Source of the DNA: an uncultured virus (IMG/VR IMGVR_UViG_3300028888_000136)
Taxonomy: Duplodnaviria > Heunggongvirae > Uroviricota > Caudoviricetes
Virus record (IMG/VR): IMGVR_UViG_3300028888_000136
Direction: 5' to 3' (one strand)
DNA length: 64,000 nt
Shown here piece after piece: positions 19,757-29,142 of this stretch. The stretch's first letter is position 1, and every line of letters starts with the position of its first letter. Position numbers and translations under genes: made by a program. The notes beneath the pieces are model-generated. The model made no database searches, had not been told where the DNA came from, and was given only the letters and a program-made list of their open reading frames with translations.

Positions 19757-19834
19757 AAAGGGACTGCCAAAAACGACAGTCCCAAGTCCAAGCCCGACAC
19801 TGGAAAACCAGACAAGTCAAACGGCGCGAAAATA
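19757..19834 (-). ncRNA. Putative small RNA downstream of integrase, unit A
   Basis: TATTTTCG box, conserved body and terminator; homolog at 51010-51097. Confidence 0.5.
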
Positions 19835-19842
19835 CAAAATAT

Positions 19843-20811
19843 TCACAACAGACGGCTGTTGGCTTCAAAAAGTCTGTCAGTCGGTATCTCACCCAGATAA
19901 TTGTCCGTTATGCCGAGATTATGACCGAGATTGCGCTCAATGACGGCGTAATTGACACCTTCGGAGTTCAGCACGGTGCAGTATGAATGTCTGGCGAATG
20001 TGAACGAGCAATCGCACCGCAAACCGAGTTTCCCGCACACTTTGCGCAATACCTTGCTGGCGTAGGTGTTGACATACATAACGCGCATTTCAACGGCTTC
20101 ATCGTCATTGACATCAACGCCTCCGAGATAAGAGCCGAATACAAGCCCGCCAGATTCGTATTCGTCACCAATGGAATCCAAGAGGGATTTCAATTGTCCA
20201 GTTATCGGGACACGCACGTATGCCCCGCTGGTGTTTCTTACTTTCCGCCTGTGGAATCCGAACACCCTGCCGCCAGAATTGTCGTATTCGCTGTCGTACC
20301 TCAACCTCAAGAGGTCTGCCGCGTTAGCACCGTTGCAGAGGTACGAGGCCAAGAACAGACCCAGCCATCTTTTAACGCCCTTCGGCTCTTCCCCGACAGA
20401 CACCCAGTAATCCCAAATCCTCTTCATATCTTCTTTGGTGAAATAACTGGACTGTCTTTTTCGCGGTTTCTCCAATTGCACTTTGTCAAGCTCGTAAGGT
20501 TTTGAACGTGTCAGTTTAGGGTCTCCCTTCACATATCCGAGATATTGGCCGTAATGCGTGATGGACTGCAACAGCGCGAAATAGGTTTTTATCGTGGCGG
20601 TTGATTTGCCTTCGCTTTTCAGCGTTTTGTGGAGATTGGATGCAAACTGCGAGTTCACATCGGACATTTTCACTATTCCGTAGTGTGTTTCGATTGTACG
20701 CAACAGCGTGCGGTAGTTTCGGAACGAAGAGCGTCCCTCGCTGCGCATAATCGTCATCTTTTCCGTTACAAGCTCGTTTAACGACCGACCGTCTTTTTTC
20801 ATCTTTTTCAT
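19843..20811 (-). CDS. int: Tyrosine recombinase/integrase
   Basis: GANAADLL, ARHSY and LGH...NYL motifs; SAM-like N-domain. Confidence 0.9.
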   Translation of the reverse strand: MKKMKKDGRSLNELVTEKMTIMRSEGRSSFRNYRTLLRTIETHYGIVKMSDVNSQFASNLHKTLKSEGKSTATIKTYFALLQSITHYGQYLGYVKGDPKLTRSKPYELDKVQLEKPRKRQSSYFTKEDMKRIWDYWVSVGEEPKGVKRWLGLFLASYLCNGANAADLLRLRYDSEYDNSGGRVFGFHRRKVRNTSGAYVRVPITGQLKSLLDSIGDEYESGGLVFGSYLGGVDVNDDEAVEMRVMYVNTYASKVLRKVCGKLGLRCDCSFTFARHSYCTVLNSEGVNYAVIERNLGHNLGITDNYLGEIPTDRLFEANSRLL

Positions 20812-20856
20812 TTTTCACATTTTTTGGTTAGTTTATACTTTATAACTATTTGATTA

Positions 20857-20905
20857 TCAAATATGCCCGCCATTTTGATGCTGGCAAGACGAAATAATCC
20901 ATATA
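20857..20905. repeat. att-like 49-bp core, copy 1
   Basis: Identical to 52121-52169; contains an imperfect inverted repeat. Confidence 0.7.
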
Positions 20906-20966
20906 ATAAATCTTGACCAGATAAACCGCTGTACCAAAGAACTTTAGGTACAAAAACCTAATTTAT

Positions 20967-21010
20967 GCCACCCACAGAGGTGGCTTTTTTTTGTGCCGCA
21001 AAACTACAAA
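20967..21010. promoter_or_regulatory. Plus-strand terminator abutting a Bacteroidota-type -7 box (TAGTTTTG, minus strand) facing int
   Basis: gccacc/ggtggc stem plus T-run; counterpart at 52231-52275. Confidence 0.6.
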
Positions 21011-21100
21011 TTATTCCAATACGCAACACACACAGCCATATTTTTTTTATGAGAACTCCACTGACACGGGCTTCAAATAAGTGGATAAAATAAAATTAAA

Positions 21101-21478
21101 ATGGCCAGACCGTACACGGATGAGGAGCGTAAGAAGCTCAAAAGGAAATTTTTGAAACTCTACAAAGAGAATTATGCTTTGATGTATGATGCGTGCGACA
21201 AAATGAACGTGTCAAGGGAGACTATATACAATTGGATGGAAGACGATGAAGAGTTCAAAAAGAAGGTGGAACATATAAAAGAACACGTTGGGGACATTGT
21301 TGAAGGGAAGCTGATGGAGAAGATATTACAGGGAAACACAGCCAGCATAATGTTCTATCTCAAGACACAGAGACATTGGAAAGAGACCTCAAAAGTTGAG
21401 GTTGAAAGTATCGGTGACGTGGATGTAAAAGCCGCTATTGAAGAGATAAGAAAGGAATTGGCTGATGACAACGAATAG
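21101..21478 (+). CDS. terS: Terminase small subunit
   Basis: HTH, IMFYLKT motif; precedes terL. Confidence 0.8.
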   Translation: MARPYTDEERKKLKRKFLKLYKENYALMYDACDKMNVSRETIYNWMEDDEEFKKKVEHIKEHVGDIVEGKLMEKILQGNTASIMFYLKTQRHWKETSKVEVESIGDVDVKAAIEEIRKELADDNE

Positions 21479-22664
21479 TCTTGGTATAGGGAAAACGTAT
21501 TTGAAATTCTTCGTTGACAATATAGACAGCCGTTATGTCATTTCAATCGGAGGCCGTAGGTCTGGAAAGTCATTTGCCACAGCAAAGTGGTTGAGGTTTC
21601 TTGCCAGCGGTAAACCGATAAAGATTCTTGTAATAGCAGCCACATTTCCAGCCATACAACTTGTAATAGAAGATTTCCAGAGAGCTACTGGATTGACCGT
21701 CACTGGCTCAATGATATATGGATACAGTTGTAAATTGAGTAACGGAAGTCTGTTTCAGTTCAGAGCGTTCCCAGAGAGCCAGCGAGTTCAAGGGACAACA
21801 GCGGATTACATCTGGTTTGAAGAATTTTTGAATATACCAGAAGAAGTTATCAGAGTTGCAACTATGTCTTGTACTGGACAGATGTATTTTACAGCCAACC
21901 CAACAAGAAAATCAAAACTGTTGAAAGACTACATTAACAAAGACGGTTCTAACTACTTGAAAACCACGTACAAAGACAATCCATACCTTACACCAGAGCA
22001 AGTTAAGGAGTTTGACGATATTAAGTTACGTTCACAGCTTCCAAATGCCACTATGTATGATATTTACTGCGCCAAAGTTTATTGTGACGGTGATTTCAGT
22101 GACCTCATCGGCAGATGTTTTGAAAAACTTGAATACATAACCAAAGAAGACTATTTCAACGTCCCGAAAGAAGAGGTAATATTTATGGATTTGGCTTTCG
22201 GAGGTGCTGACAAGACGGCGGTGTGCGGTTTCAAGATGTGGAACAACAAACTGTACATACACACCTATATGTACAAACAAGGAACAATAAACGCAAAGGA
22301 GTTGGGTTGGGATTTGGTGGATTGCGGTTTCAATGCTTACACGCCCATATTCGCGGACTACGGAGGTGTCGGAAGGCAGATACTTGACTGTCTTATCACG
22401 GCGCAACAGAACGATGAATTGTGGACTGAACCAGAGTTGAAAAACGGTTTCTCAATCGCCAACGTGTTGAAGGGAAGGGTTTTGGAGAGCGTTATGGCGT
22501 TGATGGCATTGGATTCAATAGTCATTGACGATTCAAACATTGAAACAAGAATGGAGTTTGAGAACGCGCAACTTGACGAAAACCAGAAACTTACTGGAGA
22601 AAACGACCATACAATAGCGTGTGCGAGGTATGCAATAAACTACTTCCACGCTGTTGGACAATAA
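21465..22664 (+). CDS. terL: Terminase large subunit
   Basis: Walker A GGRRSGKS, Walker B WFEE, ANP motif, nuclease-domain Asp residues. Confidence 0.92.
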   Translation: MTTNSLGIGKTYLKFFVDNIDSRYVISIGGRRSGKSFATAKWLRFLASGKPIKILVIAATFPAIQLVIEDFQRATGLTVTGSMIYGYSCKLSNGSLFQFRAFPESQRVQGTTADYIWFEEFLNIPEEVIRVATMSCTGQMYFTANPTRKSKLLKDYINKDGSNYLKTTYKDNPYLTPEQVKEFDDIKLRSQLPNATMYDIYCAKVYCDGDFSDLIGRCFEKLEYITKEDYFNVPKEEVIFMDLAFGGADKTAVCGFKMWNNKLYIHTYMYKQGTINAKELGWDLVDCGFNAYTPIFADYGGVGRQILDCLITAQQNDELWTEPELKNGFSIANVLKGRVLESVMALMALDSIVIDDSNIETRMEFENAQLDENQKLTGENDHTIACARYAINYFHAVGQ

Positions 22665-22692
22665 TAACAAAACACAGACAGTATTTTACACT

Positions 22693-23160
22693 ATGATAAT
22701 TGATTCAAATTACCTCTTGGAGTTCGGATTGCAGATTTCCGATGAGATAACAGAAGACAAACTGGCAAGGGCGATAAAAACAGCCGAACAATACGTTATT
22801 AAGCCCCGTTTAGGGTATGAACTGTACGCAGATATAGTGGAAGACCCGACAGCTTACGAAACGGTCTTGAACGGCGGTTTATTGGTGCAGGATGACAAAC
22901 ATATCTATGTCGCTGGTTTGAAGGAAGCGGAAGCCCATATCGCTTTCGGAATCCTTATAGCTGGTGACGTGAACGCCACGGCTTTCGGTTCGGTACTGAA
23001 AAACGATGACTATTCCACACACGCTGACGAAGACAAATTGAGACGCACTGGTATGATGCACACTGAAATAGGTATGCAGTATCTCAAGGAAATAACAGAC
23101 TATTACAAGATAGACAACACGGCCAAGCCGTTGCCTAACATCTGGGAAGAGCTTATCTAA
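22693..23160 (+). CDS. Putative head-tail adaptor
   Basis: AIKTAEQY..PRLG and T.FG.V.K motifs; paralog of 53968-54420. Confidence 0.55.
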   Translation: MIIDSNYLLEFGLQISDEITEDKLARAIKTAEQYVIKPRLGYELYADIVEDPTAYETVLNGGLLVQDDKHIYVAGLKEAEAHIAFGILIAGDVNATAFGSVLKNDDYSTHADEDKLRRTGMMHTEIGMQYLKEITDYYKIDNTAKPLPNIWEELI

Positions 23161-23195
23161 AAGAACTCACTATGTTTTTGTTGCATATAGATAGG

Positions 23196-23258
23196 ATGTT
23201 AAGAAGAATAAACTGGTTTGCCTACCAATTACTGTATAGACTGCCATTCGGAATTTGA
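23196..23258 (+). CDS. Conserved micro-protein upstream of holin (alternative start 23172)
   Basis: MLRRINWFAYQLLYRLPFGI; homolog at 54420-54491. Confidence 0.5.
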   Translation: MLRRINWFAYQLLYRLPFGI

Positions 23259-23267
23259 ATTTGAAAT

Positions 23268-23552
23268 ATGGGAGACATTTTAAGAAAGGCCGTTGACCAC
23301 AACTGGGCTTTTTGGATATGCTTGGGAGTCAGCATTTTACTGATATTAGGTGGAGCGTTTACACCCCCGCCATTTATCATAGACAGCTCAATATTCATAG
23401 CAACAGGAGAGATGTTCGGGTTTGCGTCATTATGGGCTTTATACAAGGCGATAGACAAGGGAGTGGATGCAAGGATAAAAAAAGGTGATACGGACATTCA
23501 CATAATAAACGAGGATAAAGAAGACAAAGAAGATGGATTATCTGAAAATTAA
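23268..23552 (+). CDS. Putative holin
   Basis: Two transmembrane helices and a charged tail. Confidence 0.6.
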   Translation: MGDILRKAVDHNWAFWICLGVSILLILGGAFTPPPFIIDSSIFIATGEMFGFASLWALYKAIDKGVDARIKKGDTDIHIINEDKEDKEDGLSEN

Positions 23553-23877
23553 CAAGGTTGCAAAATGGATTACGTACAGTCTTATGGCCGCTTTCGTGGT
23601 CGTGTTCATCATACTGTGCGTTGCCGTAGGGCAGAAGAACAAGGCAATCAAAAAATTAAAATCCAATTACACAGACCAGACAGAACTGGTTATCAAAGCT
23701 AATGCGAGAGCTGACAGCTTGGCGAAACTGGAGTGTGTCACGGTGAACAACACCGTTGTCATTAACCAAAAAGGGCTGGTCAACACGACACAGGCCAACC
23801 AAATAAGCAAGACCGTTGCCACATACACACGTGATGAGGTTTTGCACGCTCTTGACAGTCTGAATAAGCAGAAGTAA
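23533..23877 (+). CDS. Membrane-anchored coiled-coil protein (i-spanin-like)
   Basis: N-terminal transmembrane helix plus coiled coil, after the holin. Confidence 0.5.
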   Translation: MDYLKINKVAKWITYSLMAAFVVVFIILCVAVGQKNKAIKKLKSNYTDQTELVIKANARADSLAKLECVTVNNTVVINQKGLVNTTQANQISKTVATYTRDEVLHALDSLNKQK

Positions 23878-23888
23878 TTTACACTGAT

Positions 23889-24959
23889 ATGGGATTATTT
23901 GACCGAAACAAGAAGAAAGACATTGACGTGTTCCGTAACGCAATAAATATCAATGACTTGAACGAGAACGCATATTTCAAACCGTTTTGTTGGGATTGGA
24001 AGAAGAAAGGCAGATTTGAATTTTCAAGGTTCTTCCTTCAACTGATTACCAACAGAATATTCAACGGTATGAGGAACGTGACTTGGGATACTACTGAAAT
24101 TTCATACCTCGGAACGGACATAGCCAATTTCATTGACAAGAACGAGCAACTTCTGTTGTGGAGCTACTGGACAAACGGATATATGGTGGTTATGGTTGAC
24201 AAGAGCGGATTACTGCGCCTTCCGTATCAGAACGAATTGAGATTAGACGCAAACGGTTATGTCATCAACAAGAACGCCATTGTCATTTATTCAGACCCAT
24301 ACGTGACGGAGAGAAAGACACATTTCGGTCTGGCTATCCCCATTCTGAAAAACATTAACAGCAACCTTAACAATGCCAATTTCGCAACAGAAAACCTCGG
24401 CGCGTTGGGTATATTGTCAAGTAAGGCAGTTCCGTTAAGCCCAGCTGGTAAAGAAGAATTGAATGAAAAACTGGCCAAAGAATATGGATTGAGCGAAGAC
24501 CAATTCAGATTTATTCTGACAAACCAAGAAATGGCTTATACGCCTATCAATTTGCCGATAAAGGATTTGGCATTCAACGACAAAGTGAAAGACGATTTGA
24601 ACTGGCTGTGTAATTTTTTCTGCATATCTCCAGATATGGTGTTCGGTCAGTCAACATACAACAACAGCGAGGAAGCAACAAAAGCGTTCTATCGTACTTG
24701 TATTCAACCACTTGCTGAAACATTGCTGCAATTGGCAAGGACGTTGTTCGTATATATGGACACTGAATTGAAACCGTCAACGATATTGACTTACAGAATA
24801 ACAAACATCCCAGAGCTGAACAAACACCTGTCAACCGAATGCGAGGAGAAAACGGCGTATCTGGATTTGCTTATGAAACTTGACCAAGCTGGTATTGACG
24901 TTAGTGCCGACATCCAGAAACTTTACGAAATGGCAAAAAAAATGCTGGATAATGTATAA
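23889..24959 (+). CDS. Portal protein
   Basis: HK97-like GILS...STYNN.EEA...CIQPLA motifs. Confidence 0.85.
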   Translation: MGLFDRNKKKDIDVFRNAININDLNENAYFKPFCWDWKKKGRFEFSRFFLQLITNRIFNGMRNVTWDTTEISYLGTDIANFIDKNEQLLLWSYWTNGYMVVMVDKSGLLRLPYQNELRLDANGYVINKNAIVIYSDPYVTERKTHFGLAIPILKNINSNLNNANFATENLGALGILSSKAVPLSPAGKEELNEKLAKEYGLSEDQFRFILTNQEMAYTPINLPIKDLAFNDKVKDDLNWLCNFFCISPDMVFGQSTYNNSEEATKAFYRTCIQPLAETLLQLARTLFVYMDTELKPSTILTYRITNIPELNKHLSTECEEKTAYLDLLMKLDQAGIDVSADIQKLYEMAKKMLDNV

Positions 24960-24983
24960 ATAACTACTTGTAATTTGCACACA

Positions 24984-25544
24984 ATGGAAAACAAAATATA
25001 TTTGAACGACCTTGAAGACAATCTGGTTTTCAAAAACAGCGATGACAAACTTGAAATTGAAGGTTATTGCTGTCACTTCAACAGAAAGAACCTCAACGGT
25101 GAGATTATTTACAGAAGCTCTTTTGATACCTTTTTCACCGCATACGAAAAGGGTACAATCAGACCATTGATTAACCACGAGCATAACAACGACAGAATCA
25201 TAGGTGGCATTGACGATTTGGACAGAGACGATACTGGCCTTTACATTGTCGCACACCTCAACAAGAACATACCTTTTGTGGAAGAATGGCTGATACCTAA
25301 CATAATGAGCGGTGACATAAAGAACTTTTCAACAGAGGGATTCCCAGTCGGTGGAATCAATTCAATCAAAATCAACGATGACAAAAGCTATTCGGTGCTT
25401 GATTTTATGTTGACAGCCGTAGCCATCGTGAACCATCCAGCAGACTGGACAGCAGATTTCACTGTCAAAAACTATCTGTCAACAAAACCGACAGAAGAAG
25501 AGGTTAAAGAGACTGTGAACAAATCAAAATGGTATCTATTTTAG
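24984..25544 (+). CDS. HK97-family prohead protease
   Basis: EGY, NHEH, FSTEG and AIVNHPAD motifs. Confidence 0.85.
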   Translation: MENKIYLNDLEDNLVFKNSDDKLEIEGYCCHFNRKNLNGEIIYRSSFDTFFTAYEKGTIRPLINHEHNNDRIIGGIDDLDRDDTGLYIVAHLNKNIPFVEEWLIPNIMSGDIKNFSTEGFPVGGINSIKINDDKSYSVLDFMLTAVAIVNHPADWTADFTVKNYLSTKPTEEEVKETVNKSKWYLF

Positions 25545-25614
25545 AGTTCTCCATAACCGTGGACAGCAAACAAATAGACAAACGAATAATAATTCTTTAA
25601 CAATAAGGAGTACA

Positions 25615-26901
25615 ATGAAGAAACAATTTATTGAATATCTCCAAAACTCATTGACCGAAAAACAAAACATTTTGTCAACCAACACTTTGAGTGAGGAAGA
25701 CAAGACTTTGTTGGAAAACCAAGTGGCCAACCTTGAGCAAATGATTCAGAAACTTGACGAGGCCGAAGATGAAATCACCAATGAGCAGATGGAAGACATT
25801 AAAAATCAAATCAATACATTAAATGACAAGCTCACTGCTTTGAATGAGAAGATAAACTTAAACAAAAATAACGAAGACAACAAAGAAAACGAGAATAAAA
25901 TGGGAAACTATTTATCAACACAGAATGCTGTTAAGGATTTCGTAACTTGTATCCGCAACAGCCACAATTCACAAGAGTTCCAGAAAAACTGGAATGACAT
26001 TCTTTTAGCAAACGAAGCCCAAGACGGTTTGAATTTCGCAGAAGGCACACAACAATTCTACGTTCCAGATTACGTCCGCTCTAAAGTGGAAGACCTATGG
26101 CAAAAGGGTAGTATGTGGCTTTCAGATTGCGTAAATAGCGGAGCGCGTAGGTTCGTTGTAAGATTCAATTCTGATGAGGTAGCTGGTACTGACCAAAGAG
26201 CCAAAGGTTGGAAGAAAGGCGTTACCAAAACCTCCCAGAAATTAAATCTTTCTGCAAAGACCATCACTCCTCAATTTTTGTTCAAACTCATTGACATTGA
26301 CAGAATGACCGAATGGGAATCAGACCAAGATTTGCTTGACTATATCCTTTCAGAAATCGTTAATCAGCTGCTTGCAGAAGTCCGTATGAGTATATTAGTT
26401 GGAGACGGACGTAATGTTGACGATGACTTCAAAATCACATCATTTGAAACTATCGCAAAGGACACTACCGACTTGTTCACCACTGTTTTGACAGCTGAAT
26501 CAACGTTTATAATTGATGACATCCGCAAAATGGTCGATGAAATCCGCAATGAGGAAGGAAACGACATCTATTTGTTCCTCAACAAGACAGATTTCCGCGC
26601 CATCTCACGTGTGGCCGCTTCCGAAACCTCAACCCCAGTGTACCTTTCTGACGAACAAGTTGCTGAAATGTGCGGTGTGGCAAGAGTGTACAAAACCGAT
26701 TTGTTAGGCGGTGAATCTGCTTATAAAGCAATTGCCTTCATCCCGAAGAAATATACATTGGTTGGAGCTGGTATCAACGCTATTGAAATGACCACGCAGC
26801 ATAACATCTATTCCAATGTGACAGCCACACGCGGCGAGTTCCCGCTTGGTGGAGCAATCTCTGGTTTGAAATCAAGTGCAGTTCTTAAAGCTGGCAACTA
26901 A
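25615..26901 (+). CDS. Major capsid protein with N-terminal coiled-coil delta domain
   Basis: ILVGDG motif; follows the protease. Confidence 0.85.
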   Translation: MKKQFIEYLQNSLTEKQNILSTNTLSEEDKTLLENQVANLEQMIQKLDEAEDEITNEQMEDIKNQINTLNDKLTALNEKINLNKNNEDNKENENKMGNYLSTQNAVKDFVTCIRNSHNSQEFQKNWNDILLANEAQDGLNFAEGTQQFYVPDYVRSKVEDLWQKGSMWLSDCVNSGARRFVVRFNSDEVAGTDQRAKGWKKGVTKTSQKLNLSAKTITPQFLFKLIDIDRMTEWESDQDLLDYILSEIVNQLLAEVRMSILVGDGRNVDDDFKITSFETIAKDTTDLFTTVLTAESTFIIDDIRKMVDEIRNEEGNDIYLFLNKTDFRAISRVAASETSTPVYLSDEQVAEMCGVARVYKTDLLGGESAYKAIAFIPKKYTLVGAGINAIEMTTQHNIYSNVTATRGEFPLGGAISGLKSSAVLKAGN

Positions 26902-27006
26902 TCAAGAGTAAAAACTACACAACATAATTTATACGCGATGAACGGCGGGCGAAGTCGCAGTAACCCGCCATAATTAGAATAACAAAAACAAAAAACATAT
27001 ACAACA

Positions 27007-27588
27007 ATGGCATCAAATCTATGTGAAAAATTCATAAAGGGCTGTGTTTCAGTGGAAGATTGTGACAATATTGGTTTCGCTGGCGTTTCCAACACTGGTT
27101 GGATTGCAAACTACGCAGACATTGACACCGTTACATACGATTCCAACAACGGTAACATCGTTGACGGCATTACTATGAAGACCGAAAACAACGAAAGCAA
27201 ATGTTTCTTCCCTATGACCGTTATGGGCAACCAGCCGTATCAAGGTTCTAACACCTCTTTGGTTATCGGTGACTATGGTAACAGATTTACACACGTTGTC
27301 AACATTTCCATTTTGGACAACAGTCCTAAATTGAGCAATGAAGTGCTTGATAATCTGGCAAATGGTCGTTTCGTGGTAATTTTGGAAAACGACTTCAAAG
27401 ACGCTAACAACACCAACAGATATTCAATCTACGGTCTTGCAAAAGGACTTAAGGCAACAAATATTTCACGTGACCTTTACGACAACGAAGCCGCTTGGAT
27501 TTGCGAATTATCCGAAGAGGGCAACCCGAAATCTGAAACTTTCGTTAAAGCCAGCATAATGTCTGGTCTTGAATGCGACTGCGAGTAA
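27007..27588 (+). CDS. Putative major tail (tube) protein
   Basis: Size, beta-rich composition; paralog of 58369-58983. Confidence 0.55.
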   Translation: MASNLCEKFIKGCVSVEDCDNIGFAGVSNTGWIANYADIDTVTYDSNNGNIVDGITMKTENNESKCFFPMTVMGNQPYQGSNTSLVIGDYGNRFTHVVNISILDNSPKLSNEVLDNLANGRFVVILENDFKDANNTNRYSIYGLAKGLKATNISRDLYDNEAAWICELSEEGNPKSETFVKASIMSGLECDCE

Positions 27589-27611
27589 CAGACACACGAA
27601 AACAAAATATG

Positions 27612-27638
27612 AAGCGACCAATCACGGTCGCTTTTTTT
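27612..27638 (+). terminator. Intrinsic terminator
   Basis: aagcgacc...ggtcgctt plus T-run. Confidence 0.75.
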
Positions 27639-27690
27639 ATGCGAGTTCTTTTGTACAACCAACGGCAAATAAGTGATAAATATTCAGATT

Positions 27691-28053
27691 ATGACAAGAG
27701 AAGAAATGACAAAAAAAGTCCTTGCTATAAAAAATCCGAAAATGGAAAAGGATGTTATTTATGAAATAGCGAATGAATTAGGACTGAAATTAAAAAAGAC
27801 TGAATGTGGAAAGTGCTTACGTGATTACGTGGCAATTTTGAAAGAACAACTTGGTTTAATTGAAAACGCTGCCGATGAAAGCGATTTCAACAACACTGGC
27901 GAATGGGTTTATTTGCTCAAGAAAAAGCAATCGTGGCACGGCCATATTATTGACCAATACACAGACCCAGACATAATCGCGCAATTCGTGAAAGACCATC
28001 CAAATGGTTATTATGCGAGAAAAGAACAAGAAACTATAAATAACGAAATCTAA
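27691..28053 (+). CDS. CxxC-containing hypothetical protein
   Basis: Paralog of 59104-59493. Confidence 0.7.
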   Translation: MTREEMTKKVLAIKNPKMEKDVIYEIANELGLKLKKTECGKCLRDYVAILKEQLGLIENAADESDFNNTGEWVYLLKKKQSWHGHIIDQYTDPDIIAQFVKDHPNGYYARKEQETINNEI

Positions 28054-28064
28054 TTTATATTAAA

Positions 28065-29114
28065 ATGAAATTAAACGATGTAAAATTTACTCCAGCAACC
28101 AATGCTGTTGCTGACGTATATACAAAGGCCACTGGTATGCCCATTGTGGGTGAGATGATGGTGGCCGCAGCTGGACAAGGCGGTGAGCCGACACCGACCA
28201 AAGCGGAAGCTCCAACATACACATATTCACAAGAAACCACATATTGTTCCAACTACGATGTTACGCTTTACGGTGATTTGACTGTTAATCTTGCCACAAC
28301 AACGCCTAATGCAACCATATATTATAAATCTTCAATAACATCCATACCAGTTTCAGCTGAAGATTTTAATTGGGATATTTATAGCGATTGGATAATTTCA
28401 TCAAGCCGTACATTCAACATAGGTGGCGCTTTTGACGGTAATGCACTGATGATTGCATACGCAGCAGCTGACGGTATGGAGAACAGTGATTATACATATA
28501 TTACTCTTCCTTACAATACAACTCAAGCCAGAACTTGTGATGAAATCCCAACAATTTACGACTTGAATATTGAATTTACGGGAGTTGGACAAGCTACGGT
28601 TTCAGCAAGTGCGAGAGTTGATTATTCTGCCGATGAGATATATTACAGAATCGGTGGAGTGGACATCAGACTAAAACCGATGGAAGGCGACTACACCCAA
28701 CTTGAACTTGATAATGATTATACAAATCGGTTTGAAGATATAACTTCAACAACTCTTTACGGAACGATTGAAGTGTTTTCTCCAGAGCAAGGTGAAAATA
28801 TCGCAACATTTGAATTAGAAGCGACTGTAACGCCTATGTTTGATGTCTTTGATATTTCCGTCCAAGAATACGATGTTGACGATTACTCCATAAACGGAAG
28901 CGGTGATTTTGTCCCGAGAGAAATGTTTGATGGTGGTTGTATAGCTGAATTTCAAGGTTGTCAAAACCAAATATCATTGTATATTGGTGACGGTTCATTT
29001 GATGGAACTTATAGCGGTGTCGCGGATTTCCAAGACGGCGGAAGTGTGACGGTTACAGATATTAACAACAACATTTCTTGGAGTGGCACATATAGATATA
29101 ATTCGTTGCCTTAA
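28065..29114 (+). CDS. Modular virion-associated protein
   Basis: Ends near-identical to 59505-60524; middle domain differs. Confidence 0.65.
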   Translation: MKLNDVKFTPATNAVADVYTKATGMPIVGEMMVAAAGQGGEPTPTKAEAPTYTYSQETTYCSNYDVTLYGDLTVNLATTTPNATIYYKSSITSIPVSAEDFNWDIYSDWIISSSRTFNIGGAFDGNALMIAYAAADGMENSDYTYITLPYNTTQARTCDEIPTIYDLNIEFTGVGQATVSASARVDYSADEIYYRIGGVDIRLKPMEGDYTQLELDNDYTNRFEDITSTTLYGTIEVFSPEQGENIATFELEATVTPMFDVFDISVQEYDVDDYSINGSGDFVPREMFDGGCIAEFQGCQNQISLYIGDGSFDGTYSGVADFQDGGSVTVTDINNNISWSGTYRYNSLP

Positions 29115-29142
29115 AAATAACTGAACATAATTTACACAATAT

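Larger units (their letters stand above)
1..20856. mobile_element. Phage unit A (partial): tail, early/replication, lysis and integrase modules
   Basis: Gene order parallels 33095-52120; ends at the att-like core next to the integrase. Confidence 0.8.

Noticed and set aside
19791..19798. sRNA segment GTCGGGCT complementary to the unit A leader stem (12375-12382)
   Set aside because: Only 8 nt, with no equivalent pairing in unit B.
19843..20811. Non-canonical catalytic motifs in the integrases as a sign of inactivation
   Set aside because: Same substitutions in both intact paralogs, and of a kind common in Bacteroidota tyrosine integrases.
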